The notes: generated by a model not told the origin, from the sequence alone. Counted from the first letter of the stretch, positions 18,842 through 28,342 are shown. The stretch: DNA of 64,000 nt from an uncultured Actinomycetota bacterium (GCA_964517765.1 CAZFEN010000001.1:34345-98344); one strand, 5' to 3'. Translations and numbers: made by a program.

Positions 18842-19697
18842 TTCTACTCACAATTCTTTCGAGATCTCTAATAGAGCCAAATTCTACTACGATTTTTCCC
18901 TTTTTTTTGCTCATTGATATTTTAACAGGAGCATTCAAATGCTCGGATAATTTCTGAGATATTTCGGGAAATTTACTTAACTGTAATACTTTTTTGTCTT
19001 TTTTGCCTTCGACAGTCTCTTTTTTCTTAGTTGCTATTCTTTCTACATCTCTTACGCTGAGATCGTTTTTGGTTATGAGATTTGCAACTTTTATCCTTTC
19101 CTCTTCTCCGTCTATTGCCAGTATCGACCTCGCATGTCCCTCGCTTATCTTTCCTTCGTTTATCAATTTTTGGATTTCGAGGGGGAGCGAGATCAATCTT
19201 AATAAGTTTGTTATTGATACCCTGCTTTTCCCAACTCTTTTTGAAAGTTGGTCATGGGTTATCTTAAATTCATCTATAAGTTGTTTAAACGTATGAGCCT
19301 TTTCCATGGGGCTTAAGTTATCTCTATGAATGTTTTCAATAAGAGCCATTTCAAGGGAAGATATATCATCAATATCTTTAACTATTATAGAAGGAATTGT
19401 ATTAATACCAATTTTTTTAGTGGCTCTGTATCTTCTCTCTCCGGTAACAATTTCATATTTTTCTTCCTCATCCAATCTTCTTACAACTATGGGCTGGATG
19501 ACCCCAAATTCCTTTATTGACTCGGAAAGCTCAGCAAGTGATTCATCGTCAAACCTGCTCCTGGGCTGATTTTTGTTTGGGATAATCTTATCCAATGACA
19601 GTTCAACTATTGTATTTGATTCACCTTCTAAAGATTTGTCTATGCTTGGAATTAAAGCACCAAGTCCCCTGCCTAAACCTCTTCTAGCCATTTTCAA
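18831..19697 (-). CDS. parB: chromosome partitioning protein ParB/Spo0J
   Basis: GLGRGLGALIP N-terminal motif, ParB box, HTH; stop overlaps lipA start by 11 nt. Confidence 0.9.
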   Translation of the reverse strand: MKMARRGLGRGLGALIPSIDKSLEGESNTIVELSLDKIIPNKNQPRSRFDDESLAELSESIKEFGVIQPIVVRRLDEEEKYEIVTGERRYRATKKIGINTIPSIIVKDIDDISSLEMALIENIHRDNLSPMEKAHTFKQLIDEFKITHDQLSKRVGKSRVSITNLLRLISLPLEIQKLINEGKISEGHARSILAIDGEEERIKVANLITKNDLSVRDVERIATKKKETVEGKKDKKVLQLSKFPEISQKLSEHLNAPVKISMSKKKGKIVVEFGSIRDLERIVSRIVQ

Positions 19698-20520
19698 TCA
19701 CTTCCTTTGTAAAATTGTTGTAAGCTTCTGCACCTTTGCAATGAGGATCGTAATCTATTATGGGTTTGCCGTAACTGGGGGCCTCGCTCAGCCTCACGTT
19801 TCTTGGGATAACTGTCTTATATACTTTTTCCGAGAAATAATTTTTGACTTCTTCTATTACCTGTTCTGCAAGTTTTATTCTTGGATCATACATGGTCATT
19901 ATTGCTCCCTTTATTTTCAAGGCATCATTTAGATTTTTTTTAACCAGATTTATTGTATTCAAAAGTTGGCCAAGCCCTTCAAGTGCATAATACTCGCATT
20001 GTATTGGTATAATAACCTCTCTGGCCGCTGTTAAAGCATTAATAGTCAAAAGCCCCAGCGCCGGAGGACAATCGATAAGTATGAAATCGTAGTCTTTTTC
20101 AATCTTGATTATGGCTTCTTTTAATCTAAACTCTCTTTTTAAGCTCGAAACCAGTTCAACTTCTGCTCCGGCAAGCTGTATTGAAGACGGAAGAAGTCTT
20201 AGATTTTTATACGAGGTATCTATAATTATTTCATCCGGCTCACTGTCATGGATCAATATATCATATATCGACTGTTTTACATCCGAGGGATTTACGCCCA
20301 GACCGCTTGTCGAATTGCTTTGCGGATCGAGATCTATAAGTAAAGTTTTGTAGCCATAAGAGCTTAAATATGCAGATACATTTACTGCTGTTGTGCTTTT
20401 ACCAACACCACCTTTTTGATTTGTAAAAGCAATTATTCTGCTCAGCCGTTTTTTATTTACCATTTCGTCCTGTTTTTTATTTTTGATTATCATATCAAAA
20501 AATTTCAATTTATGGATCAC
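19684..20520 (-). CDS. parA: chromosome partitioning ATPase ParA/Soj
   Basis: Deviant Walker A KGGVGKSTTAVNVS. Confidence 0.9.
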   Translation of the reverse strand: MIHKLKFFDMIIKNKKQDEMVNKKRLSRIIAFTNQKGGVGKSTTAVNVSAYLSSYGYKTLLIDLDPQSNSTSGLGVNPSDVKQSIYDILIHDSEPDEIIIDTSYKNLRLLPSSIQLAGAEVELVSSLKREFRLKEAIIKIEKDYDFILIDCPPALGLLTINALTAAREVIIPIQCEYYALEGLGQLLNTINLVKKNLNDALKIKGAIMTMYDPRIKLAEQVIEEVKNYFSEKVYKTVIPRNVRLSEAPSYGKPIIDYDPHCKGAEAYNNFTKEVIENG

Positions 20521-20581
20521 CTGCTTACTAATTTAATGTATATAATCATTAGCTCATTTACATATTTATACAAATGATATA

Positions 20582-21316
20582 TTACTGCAACGGTCCCTTG
20601 ACTATTTTATTGAAAGTTCGTGGGTATATTACCGGAGATTTTAGTACTTTCTTTATTACCAGAAAAGTCCTATATTCATTTAAATAAGGGACCTCTACCT
20701 CTAGCAAATTATCTACCTTTCCCCCCAATTTTGAGATAACTTCCCTGTTGCTATCAAGTTCGGTGAATATTTTTTTACTTTTATAAAATATAATTTTACC
20801 ATTTATTCTACAAAATGGAATTGTTAATTCGCTTAAAATATTTAAACTTGCAACGGCTCTCGACAGAACAATATCGAAAGTTTCTCTATATTGGGCTTCA
20901 TTACCCAGCTCCTCTGCCCTGCCTCTGATAACCCTGACATTTTTTAATCCTAATTCCTCTACGATCATATTTAAGAAATTGATTTTTTTTAATGTTTTAT
21001 CCAGAAGATAAAATATTTTATCCTTTAAAAAAATAGACAAAAGCGCTCCGGGTAGTCCTGCCCCCGTTCCTAAATCCAGTACTTTCCGCGCAGGATCTTC
21101 ATTATTGAATACCATCTTTTCATATTTAAGTATCGAGATAGAATCCAGAATATGCCTTACAAGGATCCCCTTTTTATCCTTAGTACCAATAAGATTGAAT
21201 TTCTGATTATACTCATAAACTAAATTCAGGTATTTTTCCAGGATTCTTACCTGGCTCTGAGAAAAGTCAATACCAAATTCTGCGAGCGATTCTCTTAAAA
21301 TATGGGAAGTATTCAA
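20582..21316 (-). CDS. rsmG: 16S rRNA (guanine527-N7)-methyltransferase RsmG (GidB)
   Basis: SAM motif LDLGTGAGLPG; conserved position downstream of mnmG. Confidence 0.85.
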   Translation of the reverse strand: MNTSHILRESLAEFGIDFSQSQVRILEKYLNLVYEYNQKFNLIGTKDKKGILVRHILDSISILKYEKMVFNNEDPARKVLDLGTGAGLPGALLSIFLKDKIFYLLDKTLKKINFLNMIVEELGLKNVRVIRGRAEELGNEAQYRETFDIVLSRAVASLNILSELTIPFCRINGKIIFYKSKKIFTELDSNREVISKLGGKVDNLLEVEVPYLNEYRTFLVIKKVLKSPVIYPRTFNKIVKGPLQ

Positions 21317-23184
21317 TTCAATACCTTCTTTGATCTACCCTTTAGATTTAACATTATTATTGATATATCCGCTGGTGATACTCCTGCAATCCTTGAAGCC
21401 TGACCAAGAGTATTTGGCTTGATTTTTGTTAATTTCTCCTGCGCTTCGTAAGTCAAACCTATTATTTTAAAATAGTCCAGATCCGGTAAAAGATAATATC
21501 TTTCCAGATTCCCTAATTTTTTAATTTCTGCCAGCTGCCGGTTTATATAACCTTCGTATTTTGTTCTTATTTCTGCCTGCTCAAGCACCCCCTTCTCATA
21601 GCTGCTTTTTTTACCGATAAAATAGTCCACTACATCATGAATGCTAACTTCTGGTCTTTTTAAAAGTTTATAAATATTAAAAGGGGTATCAATGGATCTG
21701 GTTCCGATCTTTTCAAGTATTTTATTATTCTTTTTATCCGGATTCAAAATAATATTTTTTAATTTTGACACCAGTTTATTTGTTTTCTCTTCCTTTCTTC
21801 TTACTTTCTCATACTGGCCATCTGTTATTAGACCAGCGCTGTTACCAAATCCACACAATCGTATATCGGCATTATCGGACCGTAATATCAGCCTGTATTC
21901 CGCCCTGGAAGTATACATCCTGTAAGGTTCTATAAGATCTTTAGTAAGAAGATCATCGATTAAAACTCCTATATAGCTGGTATCTCTGGTCAGTATCATT
22001 TGTGATCTGCCCAGTACCTTGAGTGCCGCATTTATTCCGGCAACAAGACCCTGGGCTGCTGCCTCTTCATACCCTGAAGTGCCATTTATCTGGCCCGCAA
22101 AATATAAATTTTCTATATTTTTCGATTCCAGAGTAAAATTCAGTTGACTTGGAATTATATAATCATACTCTACCGCATAACCGGGCCTTATTATTCTGGC
22201 ATTTTCCAATCCTTCAACAGTATTTACTATTTTCTGCTGTATTTCTGCGGGCATACTTGTAGTAAGCCCCTGAAGATACATTTCACCGCTGTGTGCACCT
22301 TCTGGTTCAATAAAAACAGGGTGCCTTTTTTTCCCGGGGAAATTTATGACTTTTCTATCTATAGAAGGGCAGTGCCTTGGTCCATGGGTATCAACCATCC
22401 CGGATCTTATAGGGGATTTCTCTATATTTTCGGTGATAATTTTATGGGTTTTCTTATTTGTATAAGTAATATAACAATCAATGTTTTCGTATATCTTTTC
22501 TTCATCCCAGAATGAAAAGCTTAAAGGTTCCCTGTCTCCGCATTGAACAATTGTTTTAGAGAAATCCACTGTTCTTTTATCGATCCTCGGAGGAGTAGCC
22601 GTTTGAAATCTGCCTATATTAAAATTAAGGTCAATTAAGTTTTTGGTTAAATTCATTGCGGGATATTCCCCCATCCGTCCGGCTTGATAATCTTTTTCCC
22701 CTATTATGATTCTTCCTCTCAAAAAAGTACCGGCGGTAATTACCACTGCTTTCCCCTTAAAAATTAAACCGCTTTCTGTTTCAACTCCAAATGCCTTATT
22801 ATTTTTAACAAATATCTTATTTATTGTCCCCTGTCTCAAAGTTAAATTCTGAGTGTTTTCAAGGATTCTCTTCATCTCGATTTCGTATTTTTTCTTATCT
22901 ATCTGAGCCCTTAGAGCCTGGACTGCCGGACCCTTGCTTCTGTTCAGGACCTTTATCTGTATTAAAGTATTGTCGGCTGTCTTTGCCATCTGTCCGCCAA
23001 GTGCGTCCAGTTCCCTGACCAGCTGACTCTTTCCTAATCCTCCTATTGATGGATTGCAGGGCATTAAAGCAATTTTATCAACATTAATCGTTAGCAGTAT
23101 AGTCTTTAAGCCTAATCTTGCAGATGCCAGTGCCGCTTCGCAACCCGCATGCCCGGCACCTACGACTATTATGTCATACTTCAT
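21313..23184 (-). CDS. mnmG: tRNA uridine 5-carboxymethylaminomethyl modification enzyme MnmG (GidA), full length
   Basis: 623 aa; FAD motif VVGAGHAGCEAA; conserved MPCNPSIGG and GPRHCPSID cysteine motifs; C-terminal helical domain present. Confidence 0.9.
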   Translation of the reverse strand: MKYDIIVVGAGHAGCEAALASARLGLKTILLTINVDKIALMPCNPSIGGLGKSQLVRELDALGGQMAKTADNTLIQIKVLNRSKGPAVQALRAQIDKKKYEIEMKRILENTQNLTLRQGTINKIFVKNNKAFGVETESGLIFKGKAVVITAGTFLRGRIIIGEKDYQAGRMGEYPAMNLTKNLIDLNFNIGRFQTATPPRIDKRTVDFSKTIVQCGDREPLSFSFWDEEKIYENIDCYITYTNKKTHKIITENIEKSPIRSGMVDTHGPRHCPSIDRKVINFPGKKRHPVFIEPEGAHSGEMYLQGLTTSMPAEIQQKIVNTVEGLENARIIRPGYAVEYDYIIPSQLNFTLESKNIENLYFAGQINGTSGYEEAAAQGLVAGINAALKVLGRSQMILTRDTSYIGVLIDDLLTKDLIEPYRMYTSRAEYRLILRSDNADIRLCGFGNSAGLITDGQYEKVRRKEEKTNKLVSKLKNIILNPDKKNNKILEKIGTRSIDTPFNIYKLLKRPEVSIHDVVDYFIGKKSSYEKGVLEQAEIRTKYEGYINRQLAEIKKLGNLERYYLLPDLDYFKIIGLTYEAQEKLTKIKPNTLGQASRIAGVSPADISIIMLNLKGRSKKVLN

Positions 23185-23217
23185 TTCTTCTACTCGATAT
23201 GTCCATTAAATAATTAT

Positions 23218-23235
23218 ATGTTTCACGTGAAACAT
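23218..23235. promoter_or_regulatory. perfect 18-bp palindrome ATGTTTCACGTGAAACAT, 34 nt upstream of the mnmG start, overlapping a TATAAT -10-like hexamer (mRNA sense)
   Basis: Read directly; the same 16-bp core recurs at 24678-24693. Confidence 0.5.
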
Positions 23236-23237
23236 TG

Positions 23238-24659
23238 TTATCTATTCATTATATTTCGCATGATTTTTTCTGCTCTTTCATCAGAGCCCATACTTAATAA
23301 AATCTTTATCATTTTATTAACATCACTGGAATCATCATTTAAAAAAACCTTATCGTTTATTGTTAATATTACACTGCGCGACCTTTTTGATTCCTTTTCT
23401 ATCAGAATACTGATTAGCTGTCCTATATATCCATCTTCCTTATTTATAACAATACTGGTAAGGTTTTTCGCTTCTCTGGAAGCATTTATCCCTGCAATTA
23501 GTCCCTGTGCTGCTGACTCTTCGTAACCGGTGGTTCCATTCACCTGACCGGCGAAAAAAACTCTATTAAGTGTTTTACTTTCCAGATTACTTTTTAATTG
23601 ATAAGGGAGTAAACAGTAATACTCTATTCCATAACCGGGCCTGGTTATTTCCACGCCCTCAAAATTTTTTATTTTTCTTAACATTTCAACCTGTAACTCT
23701 TCCGATACTGCAGTTTCAAGACCATTTAGATATGCCTCTTTTGTATCTCTCCCCAATGGTTTTATTGAAACTTCTTGGCCCTCGATATCTTCTTTTTTTA
23801 ATAATTTAGCTTCTATTGAAAGGACATCTTCCGATATATCCAGGTAATTACCGCTTCTATTATTTTTAATATTGGTCGAATGCCCCCGTAAATATCTGGA
23901 AAAATCTTTATTTATATAAGTCGTATAATAATAAATTTGCTCTCTATTTTTAAAATTACTTTCATATGAAAATGTCCATTGTTTCCTGCTATATGGCTGC
24001 CTTTTCAGACTATTTAAATCAATTGATTTTTTATCCACTATGGGAGCTGCATAATTCTTTAACTTTCCAAACCTGAAACCAAGGTTTTCTAAACCATTTA
24101 ACAGCCTTTTGGAGCATATTTCGCCCTGTCTCCCTGCTTCAATCATATAATCCCCCCAGAAAATTCTTGCTTTAAGGAAAGTACCGGTGCATATAATGAT
24201 CGATCTGCAGAAGTACGTAATTCCATCACTTGTGTATAAGAGATATCCACTACTGTCTTCTTTTACATTTACCGCGAGTCCCTGCCGTAAATCTAAATTA
24301 CTTTGTTTCTCAAGTACCTCTTTCATTGAAAGAGAATATCTTCTTCTGTCAACTATTGCCTGAAGGGCCGCATTGGTCCTATTTTTCGTATTTTTGATTT
24401 CTTTAAGATGAATATAGTTTTTATCTATATTCCTTGAGATTTCTCCACCCAGTAGATCTATTTCTCTTAACAGTTGACTCTTTCCGATACCTCCTACGGT
24501 ACTGCCATATGGCATAATAGCTATACTATCCATATTTATTGATACAAGTAGAGTTTTAGAACCATTCCTTGCAGAACTCAGAGCTGCCTCACAACCCGCA
24601 TGTCCGGCACCTATTACTACCACATCATATATATTTTCTTTTATTGTTTTTATTCCCAT
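23238..24659 (-). CDS. truncated MnmG/GidA-like paralog lacking both conserved cysteines and the C-terminal MnmE-interaction domain
   Basis: 473 aa; FAD motif VIGAGHAGCEAA retained. MPCNPSIGG replaced by MPYGSTVGG, no GPRxCPS motif, ends about 100 aa after AGQVNGTTGYEESAAQGLIAG. Confidence 0.8.
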   Translation of the reverse strand: MGIKTIKENIYDVVVIGAGHAGCEAALSSARNGSKTLLVSINMDSIAIMPYGSTVGGIGKSQLLREIDLLGGEISRNIDKNYIHLKEIKNTKNRTNAALQAIVDRRRYSLSMKEVLEKQSNLDLRQGLAVNVKEDSSGYLLYTSDGITYFCRSIIICTGTFLKARIFWGDYMIEAGRQGEICSKRLLNGLENLGFRFGKLKNYAAPIVDKKSIDLNSLKRQPYSRKQWTFSYESNFKNREQIYYYTTYINKDFSRYLRGHSTNIKNNRSGNYLDISEDVLSIEAKLLKKEDIEGQEVSIKPLGRDTKEAYLNGLETAVSEELQVEMLRKIKNFEGVEITRPGYGIEYYCLLPYQLKSNLESKTLNRVFFAGQVNGTTGYEESAAQGLIAGINASREAKNLTSIVINKEDGYIGQLISILIEKESKRSRSVILTINDKVFLNDDSSDVNKMIKILLSMGSDERAEKIMRNIMNR

Positions 24660-24677
24660 ATCTGAATTTTATAATTT

Positions 24678-24693
24678 TGTTTCACGTGAAACA
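24678..24693. promoter_or_regulatory. second copy of the palindrome core TGTTTCACGTGAAACA, upstream of the mnmG-like paralog
   Basis: Read directly; 34 nt upstream of the paralog start, followed by a TATAAA hexamer in mRNA sense. Confidence 0.5.
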
Positions 24694-24732
24694 TTTTCGC
24701 CAAATATCCTTATTATGTTGTTTTTTGACACT

Positions 24733-26121
24733 TTATTTACCTATGCAGAATTGACTGAATATTTCTTCCAGAATATCCTCTCTCACAGTTTCTCCTATTA
24801 TCTCTCCCAGTAGTTCAAATGCGGTCTTTAAATCATAAGAAGGAAACTCTTCGGACATCTTATCATTTACTGCTTCCTCTGCTCTATTCAAAGATTTTTT
24901 TACCTCTTCCAATATCTTTTTATGTCTGCTATTAATAATGATTTTCTCCTCCAGATCGATATCCCCACCACCCAATATAATAGATTTTATTTTATTTTCT
25001 AATTCCTTAATTCCCTTTCCTTTTAATGCAGAAATTTTTATAACATATTTCTCATCAAAATACTTCTTAATCTTTAATACTTCCAACTTTTGTTTTAAAT
25101 CTATTTTATTAATACAACAAATAATACTTTTCCCTTTTATTTTATTTATTATTTGTAAATCCATTTGTTCTAACTTCCTGTTTCCGTCCAAGACCAGTAA
25201 AATCAATTCAGCTTCGTTTATATGTTTTAAACTTCTATCTACTCCTATTTTTTCTATGGCGCTTCTTGTTTTTCTTATCCCTGCTGTATCGACCAGAATA
25301 AGCGGTATCCCTTCGACATACAAGATTTCTTCTACTGCATCTCTCGTCGTTCCGGGAATTGGAGTCACTATTGCCTTTTCTTTCCTGGATAGCAAATTTA
25401 ACAAACTGGATTTCCCCACATTTGGTTTTCCGATAATTGCTATTTTGACACCATTTTTTATAATTTCCCCCTTTTTCTCGTTTATTATCAATTCTTCAAG
25501 TTCTGCCCTTATTTTTTTTACTTCTCTGGCAATTTCCCGATATGGCGTTACTTCCAGGTCTTCTTCAATAAAGTCTACCGGGGCTTCCAGCTGTACACGT
25601 ATATCCAGAAGATTTCTTCTCAGTCTCTTTATCTCTTCTTTTATATTGCCCCGTAAATTCTTAGCAGCAAGCCTCAGGCTCTGTTCCGTTCGGGATCTTA
25701 CCAGATCTATAACTGCTTCTGCCTGTGATAGATCTATTCTTCCATTCAGAAAAGCTCTTTTTGTAAATTCTCCCGGATCCGCTATTCTTGCACCATTTTC
25801 AATACATAATTCCATTGTTTTAGTAGTAGCAATTATTCCCCCGTGACAGTTTATCTCTACAACATCTTCCCGTGTATATGAACCAGGTTTTTTCATTACT
25901 GTAATAATTACTTCATCAATGAAATGGCCACTATTATCAATAATATGTCCGTAAAGCATACTATACGTACCAATATCTTTTATCTTCTTTTTATTTTTTG
26001 ATTTAAATATCTTATCAGCTATAGAAATCGACCTATCACCGCTTAATTTGACTATACCAATCGCTGCTTCACCGGCTCTGGTTCCCACTGCTACTATTGT
26101 ATCGTTTATTTCCGCCTTCAT
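24733..26121 (-). CDS. mnmE: tRNA modification GTPase MnmE (TrmE)
   Basis: 462 aa; G1 GKPNVGKSSLLN, G-domain motifs, C-terminal CIGK. Confidence 0.9.
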   Translation of the reverse strand: MKAEINDTIVAVGTRAGEAAIGIVKLSGDRSISIADKIFKSKNKKKIKDIGTYSMLYGHIIDNSGHFIDEVIITVMKKPGSYTREDVVEINCHGGIIATTKTMELCIENGARIADPGEFTKRAFLNGRIDLSQAEAVIDLVRSRTEQSLRLAAKNLRGNIKEEIKRLRRNLLDIRVQLEAPVDFIEEDLEVTPYREIAREVKKIRAELEELIINEKKGEIIKNGVKIAIIGKPNVGKSSLLNLLSRKEKAIVTPIPGTTRDAVEEILYVEGIPLILVDTAGIRKTRSAIEKIGVDRSLKHINEAELILLVLDGNRKLEQMDLQIINKIKGKSIICCINKIDLKQKLEVLKIKKYFDEKYVIKISALKGKGIKELENKIKSIILGGGDIDLEEKIIINSRHKKILEEVKKSLNRAEEAVNDKMSEEFPSYDLKTAFELLGEIIGETVREDILEEIFSQFCIGK

Positions 26122-26202
26122 TTTTACATTTATCTCCTATGGTGCTTTTGAAATTTCTGATTCTTATTATATTTAATATTTATATTTATTCAAAAATAAA
26201 AC

Positions 26203-26241
26203 CAATAAAAAAATGGCACACCCCGGTGCCATTTTTTTTTA
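26203..26241. terminator. A-run / TGGCAC-ACCCCG-GTGCCA hairpin / T-run: bidirectional intrinsic terminator between jag and mnmE
   Basis: Classic stem-loop flanked by A7 and T9 read from sequence. Confidence 0.6.
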
Positions 26242-26260
26242 TATATAATCTTTATATTTT

Positions 26261-26845
26261 TTATTTGCTGCTTTTTATTGGATAAATTATTATTCTTCTG
26301 TTAGGTTCGTCGTATCTGCTTCTTGTGGTTACATTGCTAAATCTTGCAAGCAGGTTATGTATTATTTTTCTCTCGTAAGAATCCATTGGTTTTAATGCTA
26401 TTTTTCTTCCTTCGTTAATTGCTTTTTTTGCCATAAATATCGCAGTTTTTTTTATCCCATTTATTCTTTTTTTCCTATAGTCTTTTATATCTATCATTAT
26501 ATTTCTATCTACTAATTTTTTCCTCTTCCCAATCAAGTTTATGATATATTCAAGCGCCTGCATATTCTTTCCGTCCCGGCCTATAGCGATTCCCAGATCC
26601 TCTCCCTGGACCGACAGCCTTAATTCTTCCGAATCTGTTTTAATCTTTACATCTTCTCCGGGACATATAAGTTTTAATATTTTTTTTAAAATCCCTTTTA
26701 TTTTTTCAAGTCCATCCTTTTCTATAACTTTATCTTCTGCCATGTTTTTAGGGGTATTTTCTATTAACCTGTTTCTTTTTTGTTCTTCTTCCAGTGATTC
26801 TACAAATGAATCTATAGCATCTTTTATACTTTTATCTTCGGTCAT
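26261..26845 (-). CDS. jag: Jag/KhpB RNA-binding protein (KH + R3H domains)
   Basis: 194 aa; C-terminal R3H (YERKIIHNLLARFSNVTTRSRYDEPNRRIIIYP); conserved position after yidC. Confidence 0.8.
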   Translation of the reverse strand: MTEDKSIKDAIDSFVESLEEEQKRNRLIENTPKNMAEDKVIEKDGLEKIKGILKKILKLICPGEDVKIKTDSEELRLSVQGEDLGIAIGRDGKNMQALEYIINLIGKRKKLVDRNIMIDIKDYRKKRINGIKKTAIFMAKKAINEGRKIALKPMDSYERKIIHNLLARFSNVTTRSRYDEPNRRIIIYPIKSSK

Positions 26846-26871
26846 CTACGGCACCTCCTGGGATATAAGTA

Positions 26872-27729
26872 TTATCTTTTCTTTTTTCTTTTCTTTTTTA
26901 ATTTTCTTCTTATTGACTTCTTCTCTTCTTCGCTTAATTCGAGACTTCCTGTAAGACTCTCCTTTCCCTGGCTTAATTCTTCTTTTACTTTTTCTTTTTT
27001 AACAAGTTTATTTACAAGCCACTGCTGGCCAATGGACCATACATTTGTTGTTACCCAATATATCAGTATGCCTGATGGAAACTGCCAGGATATAAACCCA
27101 AATACTAAGGGCATTATGTACATGATCTTTGACTGCCTGGCGTCTGTTGTCGTCATCTTCATTGACAGAAACATTGTTGCAACCATCAGAATAACCAGGA
27201 TATAATAAGGATCCCTCGAGTTTAGATTCATCCATAAGAAATTATAATTGGGATTTGCTACTCCAGTCAGTGTAAAGTTCGCAGTAGATTGAAATCCTGT
27301 CAGTCCTATATTTATACTGTTGGCAACACCATCTAAACTAAAACTTCCCAAAACATTTGTTACAATTTCAGAGGGGTTTCGGAGTGCCTGGAACAATGCA
27401 AAAAATACAGGCATCTGAAAGAGTAGAGGCAAGCATCCTGCCAGCGGATTTACATTATTTTTCTTATAAAATTCCATTGTCTCCTGCTGCAGCTTTTGCT
27501 TGTCATCTTTATATTTTTTTTGTAGTTCTTTAAGTTCCGGCTGTATTTTCTGCATTTTTGCCATTGATCTGGTCTGGCTTATTGTAAGAGGGACAAGGAC
27601 TATCCTTACTATTATAGTCAGCAGTATTATAACTATGCCGTAATTCGTAACTACATGATTATATAAAAAAATAACTATGTACTCTAATCCATGCTGGATT
27701 GGGCTTAATATTTGTAATAACCAACTCAA
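26872..27729 (-). CDS. yidC: membrane protein insertase YidC (short form)
   Basis: 285 aa; YidC/Oxa1 core with lysine-rich C-terminal tail; conserved synteny. Confidence 0.85.
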   Translation of the reverse strand: MSWLLQILSPIQHGLEYIVIFLYNHVVTNYGIVIILLTIIVRIVLVPLTISQTRSMAKMQKIQPELKELQKKYKDDKQKLQQETMEFYKKNNVNPLAGCLPLLFQMPVFFALFQALRNPSEIVTNVLGSFSLDGVANSINIGLTGFQSTANFTLTGVANPNYNFLWMNLNSRDPYYILVILMVATMFLSMKMTTTDARQSKIMYIMPLVFGFISWQFPSGILIYWVTTNVWSIGQQWLVNKLVKKEKVKEELSQGKESLTGSLELSEEEKKSIRRKLKKKRKKKR

Positions 27730-27744
27730 TTTATAACCTTTCTT

Positions 27745-27954
27745 TTATTTCACAGGATCATATCCGCCTCTATTAAAGGGATTGCATCTTAAAATTCTAT
27801 ACATTGATTTAATACTACCTTTTAATACACCGTATCTACTAATAGCCCCGATTGCATATTCCGAACAGGTAGGGTAGAACCTGCAGCTTTTTGGTAATAC
27901 GGGGGAGATATATTTTTTATAACACTTAATTAAAAATATCAGTATTTTCTTCAC
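27745..27954 (-). CDS. yidD: membrane protein insertion efficiency factor YidD
   Basis: 69 aa; [20 protein letters not shown] signature. Confidence 0.85.
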   Translation of the reverse strand: MKKILIFLIKCYKKYISPVLPKSCRFYPTCSEYAIGAISRYGVLKGSIKSMYRILRCNPFNRGGYDPVK

Positions 27955-27979
27955 GATTAAACCGTTGATAGATTATTAT

Positions 27980-28321
27980 TTACAGTTGGCCGATAAGAAA
28001 TGAAATCAAAATATTTTCCAGTATCTTTTTTATTTCCAATAAGCTTGCAGTAACAATGATCGGTTTAGCCACAATCAAAATATCTAAATTATTGTAACTT
28101 TCTATTTCAACTTTTCTTAAAGCTTCTCTTAACACTCTTTTAATTCTATTTCTTAGAACGGCTCCGCCTATTTTTTTACTTACTCCTAATCCGATTCTTA
28201 CAGATCCACAAATTTCTTCTTTTTTGAATATATATAAAGTTAAATATTTATCCCTTTTACATAAACCTTCTTTTATTACTCTTGAAAAATCACTTTTTCT
28301 TTTAAGTGTTTCAAACTTGAT
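27980..28321 (-). CDS. rnpA: ribonuclease P protein component RnpA; no canonical start codon in frame (probable AUC start)
   Basis: Translation (I)KFETLKRKSDFSRVIKEG...GLGVSKKIGGAVLRNRIKRVLREAL aligns with B. subtilis RnpA. The frame contains no Met and follows directly after the rpmH TAA in the same frame. Confidence 0.65.
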   Translation of the reverse strand: MKFETLKRKSDFSRVIKEGLCKRDKYLTLYIFKKEEICGSVRIGLGVSKKIGGAVLRNRIKRVLREALRKVEIESYNNLDILIVAKPIIVTASLLEIKKILENILISFLIGQL

Positions 28322-28342
28322 ATTAGTCTTCCTTTTTCCTCT

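Noticed and set aside
24938-25846. 302-aa plus-strand ORF
   Set aside because: Lies entirely antisense within mnmE; S/F/I-rich low-complexity translation typical of the shadow frame of an AT-rich gene; mnmE homology on the other strand is unambiguous.
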